A stretch of 64,000 nucleotides of DNA from Alphaproteobacteria bacterium (GCA_964291395.2 OZ219856.1:2208001-2272000); one strand, 5' to 3'. Shown: positions 47,325 to 57,642, counted from the first letter of the stretch. Numbers and translations: made by a program. The notes: generated from the sequence alone by a model not told the origin.

Positions 47325-48905
47325 ATGGATAGCGCAACCCGGCAAATCAACCCGATCGATCTGGAGATCTACTGGAATCGCCTGATCGGCATCGTCGACG
47401 AGGCGGGCGCGGCCATGAAGCGGACGTCGTTCTCCACGGTGGTCCGGGAGTCCAACGACTACACCTGCGTCATGCTCGACGCCGACGGCGCCCTGTTGGC
47501 CCAGTCGTCGTGGAGCGTTCCCGGGTTCATCGGAACGACCCCCCATTCGCTGCGGCACTTCCTGGCCGTCTACCCCCGGGAGACGCTCTCCGACGGCGAC
47601 ATCATCCTCTCCAACAACCCGTGGATCGGCTCGGGTCACCTCAACGACCTGACGATGGCGGCGCCCGTCTTCCACGGAGGCCGTCTCGTCGCCTTCGTCG
47701 TGACGGTGGCGCACCTTTCGGACATCGGCGGGCGGCAGTGGTCGGCGAGCTCGACCGAACTCTTCGAGGAAGGGCTGCACATGCCCGTTCTCAAGCTCTA
47801 CGAGGCGGGGATCAGGAACGAAGCGCTCATCAAGATCTTCGAGGCCAACGTCCGCCTGCCCGGCCAGGTGGTGGGCGACATCGAAGCCCAGGTGGTGGCG
47901 ATCAACGTGGTGAGGCGGCGCCTGCTCGAATTCATGGCGGAGTACGGCCTGAAGGACATCGGCGACATCGCGCGGGCCGTCTACGACGTCACGGAATCCG
48001 CGGTCCGAAAGCAGCTCCGCGACATCCCGGAAGGGACGTATTCCGCCGAGGTGGAAGGCGACGGCTGGGACGAGAGCATTCGCATCAAGGCCACGGTCAC
48101 CGTCGAGGACGGCCGGATTCGCGTCGACTACACGGGAAGCTCGCCCCAGGTCCGCTACGGCGTCAACGAGTCGTACAACCACACCCACGCGTACACGGTG
48201 TATCCCTTCAAGTGCATGCTGGCGCCGGGGCTGCCCAACAACGACGGGTTCATCCGCCTGTTCGACGTGGTCGCGCCCGAGGGCCTGATCGTGAACGCCA
48301 GGTTCCCCGCTGCCGTCGGCGCCCGCCAGCTCATCGGGCACATGCTGCAGGGCGCCATCTTCGAGGCCATGGCCGGCGTCATGCCCGACAAGGTCCAGGC
48401 GGACAGCGGCACGCCGCTGACCGTGTTGGTCTTCAAGGGCCTCGACATCGAATCGGGCGAGTCGTTCCAGCAGATCACGTTCCTGAACGGCGGGATCGGC
48501 GCCACCAGGGGCCGGCACGGCGAGCCCTGCTCCAGCTTCCCGGCGAATATCTCGAACACGCCGGTCGAGATCCTCGAGAACCTGGCTCCCGTCCGTTACC
48601 GGCAGAAGCGGATCCACGAAGGATCCGGCGGCGGCGGCGAGTTTCGCGGCGGCGACGGTCAGATCGTCCGGATCGAGTCCTGCTGGCACCAGCCGATGAC
48701 CGTGGCCCTGCTGACGGAGCGGACGCGAAAGGCGCCGCGCGGCGTGCTGGGCGGAGAGCCGGGAGCGTGCGGCTTCGTCCGGAAGAACGGGGAGCCCGTC
48801 GTCGAGACCAAGGGCGTCGTGGAGCTGGCGCCCGGAGACGTGCTGGAGGTCGCGCTGCCGGGCGGCGGCGGTCTCGGCGCACCCGACGCATCCGGGACGC
48901 ACTGA
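47325..48905 (+). CDS. Hydantoinase B/oxoprolinase subunit
   Basis: RTSFSTVVRES.D, NNPW.GSGHLND, AHLSDIGG, EEGL, NTPVE..E, SGGGGEFRGGDG, PGGGG.G. Confidence 0.93.
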   Translation: MDSATRQINPIDLEIYWNRLIGIVDEAGAAMKRTSFSTVVRESNDYTCVMLDADGALLAQSSWSVPGFIGTTPHSLRHFLAVYPRETLSDGDIILSNNPWIGSGHLNDLTMAAPVFHGGRLVAFVVTVAHLSDIGGRQWSASSTELFEEGLHMPVLKLYEAGIRNEALIKIFEANVRLPGQVVGDIEAQVVAINVVRRRLLEFMAEYGLKDIGDIARAVYDVTESAVRKQLRDIPEGTYSAEVEGDGWDESIRIKATVTVEDGRIRVDYTGSSPQVRYGVNESYNHTHAYTVYPFKCMLAPGLPNNDGFIRLFDVVAPEGLIVNARFPAAVGARQLIGHMLQGAIFEAMAGVMPDKVQADSGTPLTVLVFKGLDIESGESFQQITFLNGGIGATRGRHGEPCSSFPANISNTPVEILENLAPVRYRQKRIHEGSGGGGEFRGGDGQIVRIESCWHQPMTVALLTERTRKAPRGVLGGEPGACGFVRKNGEPVVETKGVVELAPGDVLEVALPGGGGLGAPDASGTH

Positions 48906-48956
48906 GCGAGACTTCCCCGGCCCGGTGCGACGAGCAGCTTCCCCAATCGTGACAAT

Positions 48957-48984
48957 CCGTTAGGCTCGGACCGTTAGGCTCGGA
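48957..48984. repeat. Perfect 14-bp tandem duplication CCGTTAGGCTCGGA x2
   Basis: 48957-48970 and 48971-48984 are identical and intergenic. Confidence 0.85.
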
Positions 48985-49095
48985 TGGCCTTTCACCGCGT
49001 TTACCCGCGCGGGCTGCATCCCCTTCCCCGAACCGCCGCCGACGTTCCCTCCGAACAATACGGCGGCGACCGAGGGAACACACGGGACAAGCCCC

Positions 49096-49236
49096 ATGCG
49101 CATCAACGCCAACATCAACGAACGAACGCTCCGCCGCAGGTTCAACGAGCCCAAGCATCGCAAACGTCCGCTGAGCCTCAAGATGATCAGGCGCTTGCAC
49201 CAGGGGCTCGGCGGCACCACGAACCGATTTTCCTGA
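49096..49236 (+). pseudogene. Antitoxin remnant (HigA-like HTH C-terminus)
   Basis: 46-aa ORF MRINANINERTLRRRFNEPKHRKRPLSLKMIRRLHQGLGGTTNRFS. RKRPLSLKMIRRLHQGLG is typical of the HigA HTH C-terminal helix. Confidence 0.55.
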
Positions 49237-49313
49237 CACCCATTCCCTTGGCGCGGACCGGCGGTCCGTTGCCGTGAACGACAAGGAATTGGGATAGGGC
49301 GATCCGCGTGCCC

Positions 49314-50069
49314 CTACATCCCGCCCGTGAGAAAATCCCCGACCACCTGATTGAAGAGCTCCGGCCTCTCCAGGTGAAGGTTGTGCGCGGCGCCCGGCAG
49401 GATGGCCAGGCGCGCGTTGGGCAGACCTTCGAACAGGCGCATGGACCGTTGCGGCGGCGTTCCTCGATCCCCGTCGCCGCAAATCACCAGGGCGGGCGTC
49501 GTGATCTCATGGAGCCGGTCGTCCGAGCTCCAATTCCTTACCGCGGTCAACGCGCTGGTCGCACCGTCCACGGTCGCGCCGCGGCCGGCCTGAAGACAGA
49601 AGTCGAAGGCCGGCGCATCGTCCCCGTGGAGAAACCATGATTTCGCGAAGCGGACCGCCGTCTTGTCGATGTCGTCCTCTTGCAGCTTTTCGATGCTGTC
49701 GGCGATGGTTTCGAACCGGCCCGGGATCTCGCCGATTGACGAGGCCCCGTAGAACACGACCCGCTCCAGGCGGTCCGGGTGGTCGAGGGCCGTCTGTTGA
49801 GCGATCGACCCGCCCATCGAATGCCCCACGAGGGAGAACGTCCCGACCCCCAATTCGTCGAGCAGTCCGATCAAGGCGCTGACGAATCCATCGATCGAAT
49901 CGGGCGCGGCCATTCTTGCGCTGCTGGCGAAGCCCGGAAGGTCCGGCGCGATCACGTCGAACCTCGGGCACAGATACTGGATCTGGGGAAGCCAGTAGCC
50001 CGACCCCCCGAGGAACCCGTGCTGCAGGACCACGGTGGGCCCCGTTCCCGCGCGCCGGTAGTTCTGCAT
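49314..50069 (-). CDS. Alpha/beta-fold hydrolase
   Basis: QHGFLGG, PDLPGF, GHSMGG, GDGD, AHNLHLE. Confidence 0.9.
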   Translation of the reverse strand: MQNYRRAGTGPTVVLQHGFLGGSGYWLPQIQYLCPRFDVIAPDLPGFASSARMAAPDSIDGFVSALIGLLDELGVGTFSLVGHSMGGSIAQQTALDHPDRLERVVFYGASSIGEIPGRFETIADSIEKLQEDDIDKTAVRFAKSWFLHGDDAPAFDFCLQAGRGATVDGATSALTAVRNWSSDDRLHEITTPALVICGDGDRGTPPQRSMRLFEGLPNARLAILPGAAHNLHLERPELFNQVVGDFLTGGM

Positions 50070-50119
50070 CCGATGGATCCCCTTTCTTCGTGGTTCCGCT
50101 TCGCGGGACTCCGCGGCGC

Positions 50120-50545
50120 TCAATCGAACGCCGTCAGCGGAATATCGGCCGTCCCGTCGATCAGGCGCCGGCCGTCCGGCCCTTCGCACCAGACCTCGTA
50201 GGTCACGGCTTCGCCGTCGCTCTCGTGCCGGCGACCCGTCCGCACGGCCCGCATCGTCAGCCGGTCTCCCGGACGGGCGGGCGCGCGGAAGCGGACGTCG
50301 AGAACGCCGTCCGACAGCCAGGGCTCCGGGCGGTCGAGGCCGCGGGAGACCTGTTCCGCCATCACGGCGAACAGGAGGAAACCCTGACCGATGGTCCCGC
50401 CGAGGGGCGTTCCCTTGGCGAATTCCGGATCCACGTGGATGGGGTCGCTCGCCCCGGCCACTTCGGCGTAGGCGTCGATCTGTTCCTGGGTCAGCGTCCA
50501 GGAGAGCGGCGGCAGTTCCCGCGGAGCCGCGACGCCGGCCGTCAT
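50120..50545 (-). CDS. MaoC-family dehydratase (hot-dog fold)
   Basis: YAEVAGASDPIHVDPEFA..TPLGGTIGQG, VRFRAPARPGD. Confidence 0.85.
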   Translation of the reverse strand: MTAGVAAPRELPPLSWTLTQEQIDAYAEVAGASDPIHVDPEFAKGTPLGGTIGQGFLLFAVMAEQVSRGLDRPEPWLSDGVLDVRFRAPARPGDRLTMRAVRTGRRHESDGEAVTYEVWCEGPDGRRLIDGTADIPLTAFD

Positions 50546-50964
50546 GCCGGCCACACGATCGTCATTTCGCCGCTCGCCACTTCCCCACCCTCGAGGTCCG
50601 AGAGCCTCGACTCGAAGACGACCCAGGGCCTGTCTCTGCGGATGTATTTCTCCTTGAGGCGGATGCGGACCCGCAGGGTCGACCCGGCGGGAATGCGCCG
50701 GGCGCACCGCCAGCGCTGGCCCGCATGAATGCCGCCGACCGGGACGTTCCATTCGCCGAACATGACCCGCGGGACGGTCCACATGGCCGCCATCGTCGGC
50801 GGCGCATGGTCGTCGCCCGAACCGCCTTCGCTCCCGGAGCCGGGAGAGGTGGCTCGACGGAACTCCGCGATCGATTCGGCCGTGACGGTGACCGTCGAAT
50901 CGACGAGAACGTCCCCTACGGTCATGCCGTCGTAGGTCAGGTCGGGCGCTTCCGGATTTGACAT
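50542..50964 (-). CDS. MaoC/hot-dog fold protein (likely non-catalytic partner)
   Basis: MTVGD, APPT, GGIHAGQ, EKYIRRDRPWVV; 4-nt overlap with the downstream maoC gene. Confidence 0.75.
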   Translation of the reverse strand: MSNPEAPDLTYDGMTVGDVLVDSTVTVTAESIAEFRRATSPGSGSEGGSGDDHAPPTMAAMWTVPRVMFGEWNVPVGGIHAGQRWRCARRIPAGSTLRVRIRLKEKYIRRDRPWVVFESRLSDLEGGEVASGEMTIVWPA

Positions 50965-51056
50965 CGCGGCCGGAAGTGTAGGCCGCCGGGACGGGCGCCG
51001 CCAAGGCACGCCCGACGCGCATCCGCTCGTGCGGTCCGCCAGGCGGTGCGTCTCGC

Positions 51057-52109
51057 TCAATCCTCCAGAACGCGATAACCCATGACCTGGCGCTCGGTGA
51101 TCAGTGCCCGTCCCGAGGTGGTGCCGTAGCGGTTGAGCGTATCGACCATGACCGACGGCCCGACGGCGTGGTCCGGATTGAAGGCCGCTCCCGCGAGAAC
51201 GCATTCCGCGGTGAGCGTATCCCCGGGGCGGGCAAGGGAGTGGATCTCGACGAAATTTCCGCCATTGAAGATGCCTCCGGGAGGCACTCCCAGTCGCACG
51301 GGATCGAGGCGGCCGATGTCGGTGACGCCTTCCCGGCCCAGCGTCGCCGGGTCGGGATCGAACGGCTTGGCGTCGGGCCACGACTCCAGGCCGTGCAACG
51401 GATAGAGCGGCATCGCCACCACGCCCCCAAAGGGGCCTTCCGCCGCCTTCTCCGGGTGATAGTGCCAAGGGTTCACGTTCATGACCGCGTCGGCCATCAG
51501 CCGCAGGCGACTCAGATCGACCGGGATGACCGACTCGACCACGTCCATCCGTTTTCCGACCATCCCGCGGATCCGGTCCGGCACGCCGTCGCCCGCCTCC
51601 CGGATCCCGGTGTCCACGCGCCAGTCGTCCGGCAAGTCCCGGTCATCGACTTCGACGACGCAGTTGCCTTCGGGATCGAGCAGGACGATGGCATCCCCTT
51701 GGGTGGTGTCGGCGCCTTGGTCGGGATTGTGGATGCGAAAACCGACGCGCGCGGCCACGTAGCGCCCCGCCTCGACGACGTCTTCGATCGACCCGTGAAT
51801 GACGAGATGTTCCTCGGCGAAATCCATGCCGCGGAAATCCGTGTTCACGCGCCACACCCAGCCCCGATGGTCGAAAGACGCGCCCAGGAACTGGACGATG
51901 GACTGTCCCTTGATCGCGCCGTTGATGTACACGTCCTTCAGCTTGCCGTGCTCCCGCGCGTAGTCCTGGTTGTAGTGGACCTTGTCCCAGTTCTGCTGTG
52001 CGGCGCACCATCGGGTGAGATGCTTGTAGCCGATCAGGCCCTTGTCCGACGGGGGCAGTTCCGTGCCCGCCCGCAGCGGCAGGTCCAGCCCTGGAATGTC
52101 GATCGTCAT
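51057..52109 (-). CDS. Double hot-dog (MaoC-like) protein
   Basis: N-domain WCAAQQNWDKVHYNQDYA..YING; C-domain ADAV..NPWHY..AA.GPFGGVVA.P, NGGN.VE...RPGD. Confidence 0.78.
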   Translation of the reverse strand: MTIDIPGLDLPLRAGTELPPSDKGLIGYKHLTRWCAAQQNWDKVHYNQDYAREHGKLKDVYINGAIKGQSIVQFLGASFDHRGWVWRVNTDFRGMDFAEEHLVIHGSIEDVVEAGRYVAARVGFRIHNPDQGADTTQGDAIVLLDPEGNCVVEVDDRDLPDDWRVDTGIREAGDGVPDRIRGMVGKRMDVVESVIPVDLSRLRLMADAVMNVNPWHYHPEKAAEGPFGGVVAMPLYPLHGLESWPDAKPFDPDPATLGREGVTDIGRLDPVRLGVPPGGIFNGGNFVEIHSLARPGDTLTAECVLAGAAFNPDHAVGPSVMVDTLNRYGTTSGRALITERQVMGYRVLED

Positions 52110-52219
52110 CCGTGTGGTCTCCTCAGATGTCTCGTGTCTCGAGCGCGCCGGCGCCGCTGGACGTCTCCGCCCCACTCGCCCACGCTCATCGTCCGCCCGG
52201 GTCCGGCACCGTTCTTCAC

Positions 52220-53005
52220 CTATCCGAATCGGACGGCGGCCTCTCCCAGGCCTTCCATTCGAACCGTGACTTCGTCCCCCGGTTCGGGCCACTTCGTGCC
52301 GACGACGCTTCCGGTCATGACGATCATGTCCCGGCGCAACGGGCGGCCTTGCTCGACGAGGCCGTTCGCCACGAAGGCGAGCGCTTCGAACGGATGGCCC
52401 ATGACATCGACACCTTTGCCGGTCTCGATATCCGCCCCGTTGATGACGAGCGTTCCAGCGACTTCACGGAGGTCGAGTTCCCGCCAGCCGGTTTGCGGCG
52501 CCGAGAGCACGCACCCGCCGTTCCACGCGCCCGAGGCGATGAGCGCGTGGGCATCGATGGCGTCGTAGTCCGCGTTCTGATCATCGACGATCTCGATCGC
52601 CGCCATGCACGCGGCAACCGCCTCGCCGACCGACTCGCGGTGGTAAGGCCCACCGTCGAGATCGGCACCGAGACGCACGGCGATCTCGCATTCGACCCCC
52701 GGACGTCCGTACGCATCGAATCGAACGTCGGCGGGCGAGGCGTGGATGCCCTTCTCGAAGACCGGTCCGATGCAAGGCTGATCGAACCCCAGGAGCCGCT
52801 GCATCACCGGCGTCGTGAGAGCGATCTTGTAGCCGGCCAACCCGCCGCGACTGCCGTCGTCGAAGGTTGCGGCCCAGGACTTCTGGACGTCGTATGCGTC
52901 CTTCAGCGTATCCGGCCGACACCGCTTGGGCGGAGACAGTGGCCCTCGGGTATCGAACACCTGCCGGTAATACTTCGCCGCGGCGGCGAGTTCCTCTGGC
53001 GACAC
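52220..53005 (-). CDS. 2-keto-4-pentenoate hydratase-like (FAH superfamily)
   Basis: DAYDVQ, GYKIALT..MQ..G.DQP, VECEIA, AIEIVD, GHP, VMTGS. Confidence 0.88.
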   Translation of the reverse strand: MSPEELAAAAKYYRQVFDTRGPLSPPKRCRPDTLKDAYDVQKSWAATFDDGSRGGLAGYKIALTTPVMQRLLGFDQPCIGPVFEKGIHASPADVRFDAYGRPGVECEIAVRLGADLDGGPYHRESVGEAVAACMAAIEIVDDQNADYDAIDAHALIASGAWNGGCVLSAPQTGWRELDLREVAGTLVINGADIETGKGVDVMGHPFEALAFVANGLVEQGRPLRRDMIVMTGSVVGTKWPEPGDEVTVRMEGLGEAAVRFG

Positions 53006-53021
53006 TTCTCTCTCCGGCGCG

Positions 53022-54503
53022 CTATCCGGCCGCGTTGGCGACGTGGAACGACCTGATGCTGCCGCGCTCGGAAAGCTCTTTCATCAGGGTCACCAAAGGG
53101 GTCGACCCCATGGAGTATTCGGTGTCGATGGGCCCCGCGGCCTTCAGGGCGCCGTACTCCTTGTCGGCGTAATACGCCGCCAGCAAGAGGTCGTCGTCAC
53201 TGGCGAAGGGTCCCCGCTCTTCCCGGATCCCGGGCAGCGCGGGCGGCACCAGGGCGCCGGGACGCTCCTTCACGGGTTCTTCGCCGCGCGTGATCTTGTC
53301 GTAGAGGTTCGGTTCGATCGGTCCCGCGATTTCGCCGTAATAGCCGAGGACGTACTTCCTGACCTCGTCGGGCACGGTGTCGTACCGGTCCTTGCCCTGC
53401 AGCTCTCCCATCACGTTGAGCACGGCTTGCGTCATGACGTACTGCGCGAAGGGACTCACGATGATGGGATAGCCGAGCTCGCGGCGGACGTGCCCGGCCT
53501 CCTCCATCACCTCGTCCAACCTGTCGACGATGCCCAGCGGCTCTAGCTGCGATTTCAGGTTCGAGATCATCCCGCCCGGAACCTGGTGATGATAGTGAAA
53601 CTCGTCGTACTCCACGGGCTCGCCGGTGGGCTTGTCCTCCCGCGCCGCGATATAGCGCAATTTGTCGGCTACCTGGCCGATCAGGTCGAGATCGAGATCC
53701 ACGGCATGGCCCCGGCGGCGGACGTTCCGCACGAATCGTTCCGTCGGCGGATGGGAGGCGGCGTTGGCCAGGGTCGACGTGGCCGTGTGCACCACGTCGA
53801 CGCCGTGGTCGACGGCGAGGACCGCGACGTACGGCGACAGACCCGAAAGACAATGACTGTGGAGCTGGAGCGGGATATCGCGGCAAACGTCCTTCAGGGC
53901 GGGCACCAGGGTCGGGACGCGTTCCGGCCGCAACAGACCGCTGGGGTCCTTGATGAAAATTCCGTCCACGTCGAGCTTCAGGAGCTCCCGGGCCTTGGAG
54001 ACGTAGTAGGCGTCCGTGTGCACCGGCGTCTCGGTGTAGACCAATCCGCCGACCGTGTGCATCCCGAGACGCTTGGCGGCGCGGATGCACACTTCCAGAT
54101 TGCGGATGTCGTTCAGGGCGTCATAGGTCGTGTGATACCGCATGCCGTTCGCGATCATGCGCTCGGCCGTGAGCTCCACGACGTCGTCCGCGAACAATTC
54201 GAAGGTGAACAGGCTCTGCCCGCGGTGGTGCAGGATGAGGGGCGTTTCCGTCACCCAACTCGACAGGATACGCATGCGTTCCCAGGGATCTTCGAGGAGG
54301 TAGCGCACGCAGACGTCGAACACCGCGCCGCCGACGAGATCTATGGCCTCGAACCCGGCGCGATCCAGCAGCGGAGCCGTCTCCCGCATCATCGCGGTGG
54401 TCATGCGCGTGGCCCACAGGCATTGGTGAGCGTCCCGCAGCGTCACGTCGATCAGATTTATGGCTCGCCCGCCTTCACGCGGCGGCGCACCCGCGGCCGT
54501 CAT
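53022..54503 (-). CDS. Stand-alone pyruvate/oxaloacetate carboxyltransferase (PycB/OadA-like, no biotinyl domain)
   Basis: DVTLRDAHQCLWATRM, EDPWER, YDALND, IKDPSGLL, LHSH, HQVPGGMISNL, GYPIIVSPFAQ; no C-terminal MK motif. Confidence 0.9.
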   Translation of the reverse strand: MTAAGAPPREGGRAINLIDVTLRDAHQCLWATRMTTAMMRETAPLLDRAGFEAIDLVGGAVFDVCVRYLLEDPWERMRILSSWVTETPLILHHRGQSLFTFELFADDVVELTAERMIANGMRYHTTYDALNDIRNLEVCIRAAKRLGMHTVGGLVYTETPVHTDAYYVSKARELLKLDVDGIFIKDPSGLLRPERVPTLVPALKDVCRDIPLQLHSHCLSGLSPYVAVLAVDHGVDVVHTATSTLANAASHPPTERFVRNVRRRGHAVDLDLDLIGQVADKLRYIAAREDKPTGEPVEYDEFHYHHQVPGGMISNLKSQLEPLGIVDRLDEVMEEAGHVRRELGYPIIVSPFAQYVMTQAVLNVMGELQGKDRYDTVPDEVRKYVLGYYGEIAGPIEPNLYDKITRGEEPVKERPGALVPPALPGIREERGPFASDDDLLLAAYYADKEYGALKAAGPIDTEYSMGSTPLVTLMKELSERGSIRSFHVANAAG

Positions 54504-54620
54504 CCCGTTACCCCTCGACACTCGTGGTCCCTGTGCTAAAACGCGGTTGCCGCGGCATTATATCGTCGCGGCCGTCTCGCGCCATTCGCCGCCGGACTCC
54601 CGTTTCGAATCGGCTTCCGC

Positions 54621-55133
54621 ATGACCCTGACCTACGCCGAAATCGCCGAGATCATCAAGCTCATCGACGCCAGCTCATGCGAGGAGATCACGCTCGACCT
54701 CGGCGAGATCAAACTCTCCATGCGCCGCAAGGGCGACGGCGGGCCGTCCGCGACGACGGCCGCTCCAACGGCCGCCGAGGAGTCCCATGAAACCGGCATG
54801 GAGCCAAGCCCGCCAGCGGACCCGCCCGCCGGGGACGAAGATCCGCCGGCAACCGGGTCTTCCCGGACCGAAGCTTCCGCGACGGCCGACGGCATGTCGG
54901 AAATCCGCTCCCCCATGGTCGGGACGTTCTATCGGGCGCCATCGCCCACGTCGCCTCCGTTCGTCGAGGTCGGCAGCCACGTCGACGAGGATGATCCGTT
55001 GTGCTTGATCGAGGTGATGAAGCTTTACACCACGATCTCCGCGAAGGGTCCCGGCCGCGTTGCGGAAATCTGTGCCGAGAATGGCGCCATGGTGGGAGCC
55101 GACGAGATTCTGTTCCGCATCGAGCCCGTATAG
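54621..55133 (+). CDS. accB: Biotin carboxyl carrier protein
   Basis: IRSPMVGTFYRAPSP..PFVEVG, IEVMKL biotinylation motif, Pro/Ala linker. Confidence 0.9.
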   Translation: MTLTYAEIAEIIKLIDASSCEEITLDLGEIKLSMRRKGDGGPSATTAAPTAAEESHETGMEPSPPADPPAGDEDPPATGSSRTEASATADGMSEIRSPMVGTFYRAPSPTSPPFVEVGSHVDEDDPLCLIEVMKLYTTISAKGPGRVAEICAENGAMVGADEILFRIEPV

Positions 55134-55205
55134 GCGGAGCCGCGCCGGCCTACGGCTCGTCGAACCGGTTCACGGATTCCGCGAAGAGACCGCCGCGCAA
55201 GGCGT

Positions 55206-56588
55206 TCAAGCGTCCCGCTCCATCGCTCGATAACGCTCGCGTACGAAGGCACGGCGCTCATCCCCGAAGAATCGCGCGCTCTCCATCACCGTCTCGAACA
55301 CCTTCCGCCCGACCTCGCTAAGCAAGGTGCGGTCCGTATCGCCCTCGGCAGGCGGAATTTCCAATACCGCATCCTGGGTGAAGGTATTGATATGGGGACC
55401 GCCGGTTCCTCGCTGCGACCGGGCGACCGCGTCCGGGATCTCGCCGCGCGCCGCCGCGCGCAGCAGCCTCCGCAACATCGTCACGCCCCGGTCGTGCACG
55501 CCGAGATGTTCGAGCGCATGCACCGCGATGGGCCGCTGGCCGGTCAGCACTTCCCAATCTCCGGGCTCGCGCTGCCGTTGCTCGTAACTGCGATTGCCGT
55601 CCTGACCGAACAGGTCGATCGAGTTCGGTCCGCACAGGTCCTCCCGCCCCTCGCCGCGGGGATCGACGAGGTCGCTGAAGTGGCGCCAGCCGACCAGGTT
55701 GCATTCGCCGTTGTCGATCGGGACGCACCACCGCGTGTTGCCGACACGCGCGAAATGGGTCGACGTGTGGGTGCGCGGAAAAATCGGGGCGATCTGCAGG
55801 AAGTTGGGCAGCAAGGCATGATTGGTCCGCACCCAGATGCGCTCTCCGACGCGGCGGGACGTCACGAACAGCATGCCGCTGCCGCCCTCGGTCTCGTGGA
55901 ATTCAAGCTCCGGAAAGCCGCCGAAGTCCCCGGAAAGCTGGAGATTCGTCATATTGACGTGAAGGAAGCAGGCATGGATCGGATCCATGATGTTCTCCTG
56001 CACCTGCAGCCAGTTGCAGCCATGCCAGACCGAATACGGGACCATACGGTCATCGGGTTCGTCATAGGTATCGAAAAGGGGAAACTCCGGTTCCTCTCCG
56101 GGCGGCCCCATATAGGCGAACACCAGCCCGCGATGCTCCCGCGCGGGGTAGGCACCATGCCGGAACGAGTCCTTCAGGCGCGAGCCCGGAGGCTCGCCCG
56201 GCGTATCCAGAATCGTACCGTCGGGCGCGAACAGCCAACCGTGATAGCAGCATCGCAGTCCGTGCTCCGAAACGATCCCGTATTCGAGCGAGGTGCCGCG
56301 ATGGCTGCAGTGGCGGTGCAGGACCCCGACGTCGCCCGACTTGTCGCGGAAGGCGACCAGATCCTCGTTGAGAACCCGGAGGGCCTTGGGCAAATCCGAC
56401 AATTCCTCGCTCAGGCAAACCGGCTGCCAGAAACGGCGCATGAGCTCGCCCATCGGCGATCCCGGGTCCGTATGCGTGAGCTCCGCGTCCTCTCGAGGCA
56501 CGTCCCGAAGCAGATATCCCGAATAGGGCTCGGTCACCGCTCCGAGGTCGGCGCTGTCCGAACCGGAATTTCGAATGGTCACCCGCAT
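55206..56588 (-). CDS. Rieske non-heme iron oxygenase alpha subunit (phthalate 4,5-dioxygenase/LigXa-like)
   Basis: PMGELMRRFWQP, CSHRGTSL...CCYHGW, ENIMDPIH..FLH, EHLG..DRGV. Confidence 0.92.
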   Translation of the reverse strand: MRVTIRNSGSDSADLGAVTEPYSGYLLRDVPREDAELTHTDPGSPMGELMRRFWQPVCLSEELSDLPKALRVLNEDLVAFRDKSGDVGVLHRHCSHRGTSLEYGIVSEHGLRCCYHGWLFAPDGTILDTPGEPPGSRLKDSFRHGAYPAREHRGLVFAYMGPPGEEPEFPLFDTYDEPDDRMVPYSVWHGCNWLQVQENIMDPIHACFLHVNMTNLQLSGDFGGFPELEFHETEGGSGMLFVTSRRVGERIWVRTNHALLPNFLQIAPIFPRTHTSTHFARVGNTRWCVPIDNGECNLVGWRHFSDLVDPRGEGREDLCGPNSIDLFGQDGNRSYEQRQREPGDWEVLTGQRPIAVHALEHLGVHDRGVTMLRRLLRAAARGEIPDAVARSQRGTGGPHINTFTQDAVLEIPPAEGDTDRTLLSEVGRKVFETVMESARFFGDERRAFVRERYRAMERDA

Positions 56589-56607
56589 CTCCCTTCCCGC
56601 TACCGCC

Positions 56608-57474
56608 CTATTCGAGGCTCAGGTATTCCGATTCCCGCGCCCGCCACCACTCGGTGTTGACCGCCACCTCGCGGTCCATCCACGACGCCATCCGATCCTC
56701 GTAGCGCTCGGTGTCACCATCCTCCTTGAGAACCTGGAGCACTTCCTTCGCCGCGAAGATGGCGGCCCGGTGGGTCTGGTTCGGATAGATGCCGATCCGG
56801 TAACCCATCCCGGCGAACTCCGCCTTTGGAAGAACGGGCGTCTTGCCGCCCTTGAAGACGTTCACGAGCGCGGGCCCGTCGATCTTCGAGGGAATGGACT
56901 CGAGCTGCTCGCGGTTCCGGGGCGCTTCCACGAAGCCGACGTCCGCCCCCGACTCGATGTAGAGGTTCATGCGATCGATGGCGGCGTCGAACCCTTCCAC
57001 CGCGATCGCGTCGGTGCGCGCGATAATGACGAAGTCGTCGTCTTTCCGCGCGTCGACGGCAGCCTTGATCTTCCCGGCCATCTCCTGTGACGGCACGATT
57101 TCCTTGCCCTCGTAGTGTCCGCACTTCTTGGGCGCGACCTGGTCCTCGAGGTGGATGCCGGAAACGCCGGTCTTCTCGAACTCCCGCACCGTGCGCACCA
57201 CGTTGACGGCGTTGCCGTAGCCGGAATCCGCGTCGGCGATGACGGGAATGCTCACGGCATCGCAGACGAGACCGACCCAATGAGTGACCTCGAGCATCGT
57301 CATCAATCCCATGTCGGGGTAGCCGTTGGCGCGAGAGAACCCGCCGCCCGTCAGGTAAAGCGCCTCGAACCCGGCGACCTCGATGAGGCGGGCGGTCAGG
57401 GCGTCGAAGGCACCGGGGACCACCAGATATTTGTCCTCGGAAATATGCTTGCGAAGCTGTTCGCGGGGTTCCAT
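56608..57474 (-). CDS. Isocitrate lyase/PEP mutase family lyase (methylisocitrate/dimethylmalate lyase-like)
   Basis: PGAFD, ADADSGYG, HLEDQ..PKKCGH, IARTDA, FVEA. Confidence 0.9.
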   Translation of the reverse strand: MEPREQLRKHISEDKYLVVPGAFDALTARLIEVAGFEALYLTGGGFSRANGYPDMGLMTMLEVTHWVGLVCDAVSIPVIADADSGYGNAVNVVRTVREFEKTGVSGIHLEDQVAPKKCGHYEGKEIVPSQEMAGKIKAAVDARKDDDFVIIARTDAIAVEGFDAAIDRMNLYIESGADVGFVEAPRNREQLESIPSKIDGPALVNVFKGGKTPVLPKAEFAGMGYRIGIYPNQTHRAAIFAAKEVLQVLKEDGDTERYEDRMASWMDREVAVNTEWWRARESEYLSLE

Positions 57475-57642
57475 GTCGAGAAATCCTTCCTGTGGGTCGA
57501 GGTGAATTTTCAGGGCGCATACCCATCTGTCAACCAGCGGTTGCGGGAGATCCGGTGCCCGAAAGGCGGACGACCGGCGAAAGGTCTATAATTCCTGTGA
57601 ATTCCGCCCGAGGAGCCGCGGCGAATCCGCCCGGAGGAGTCT

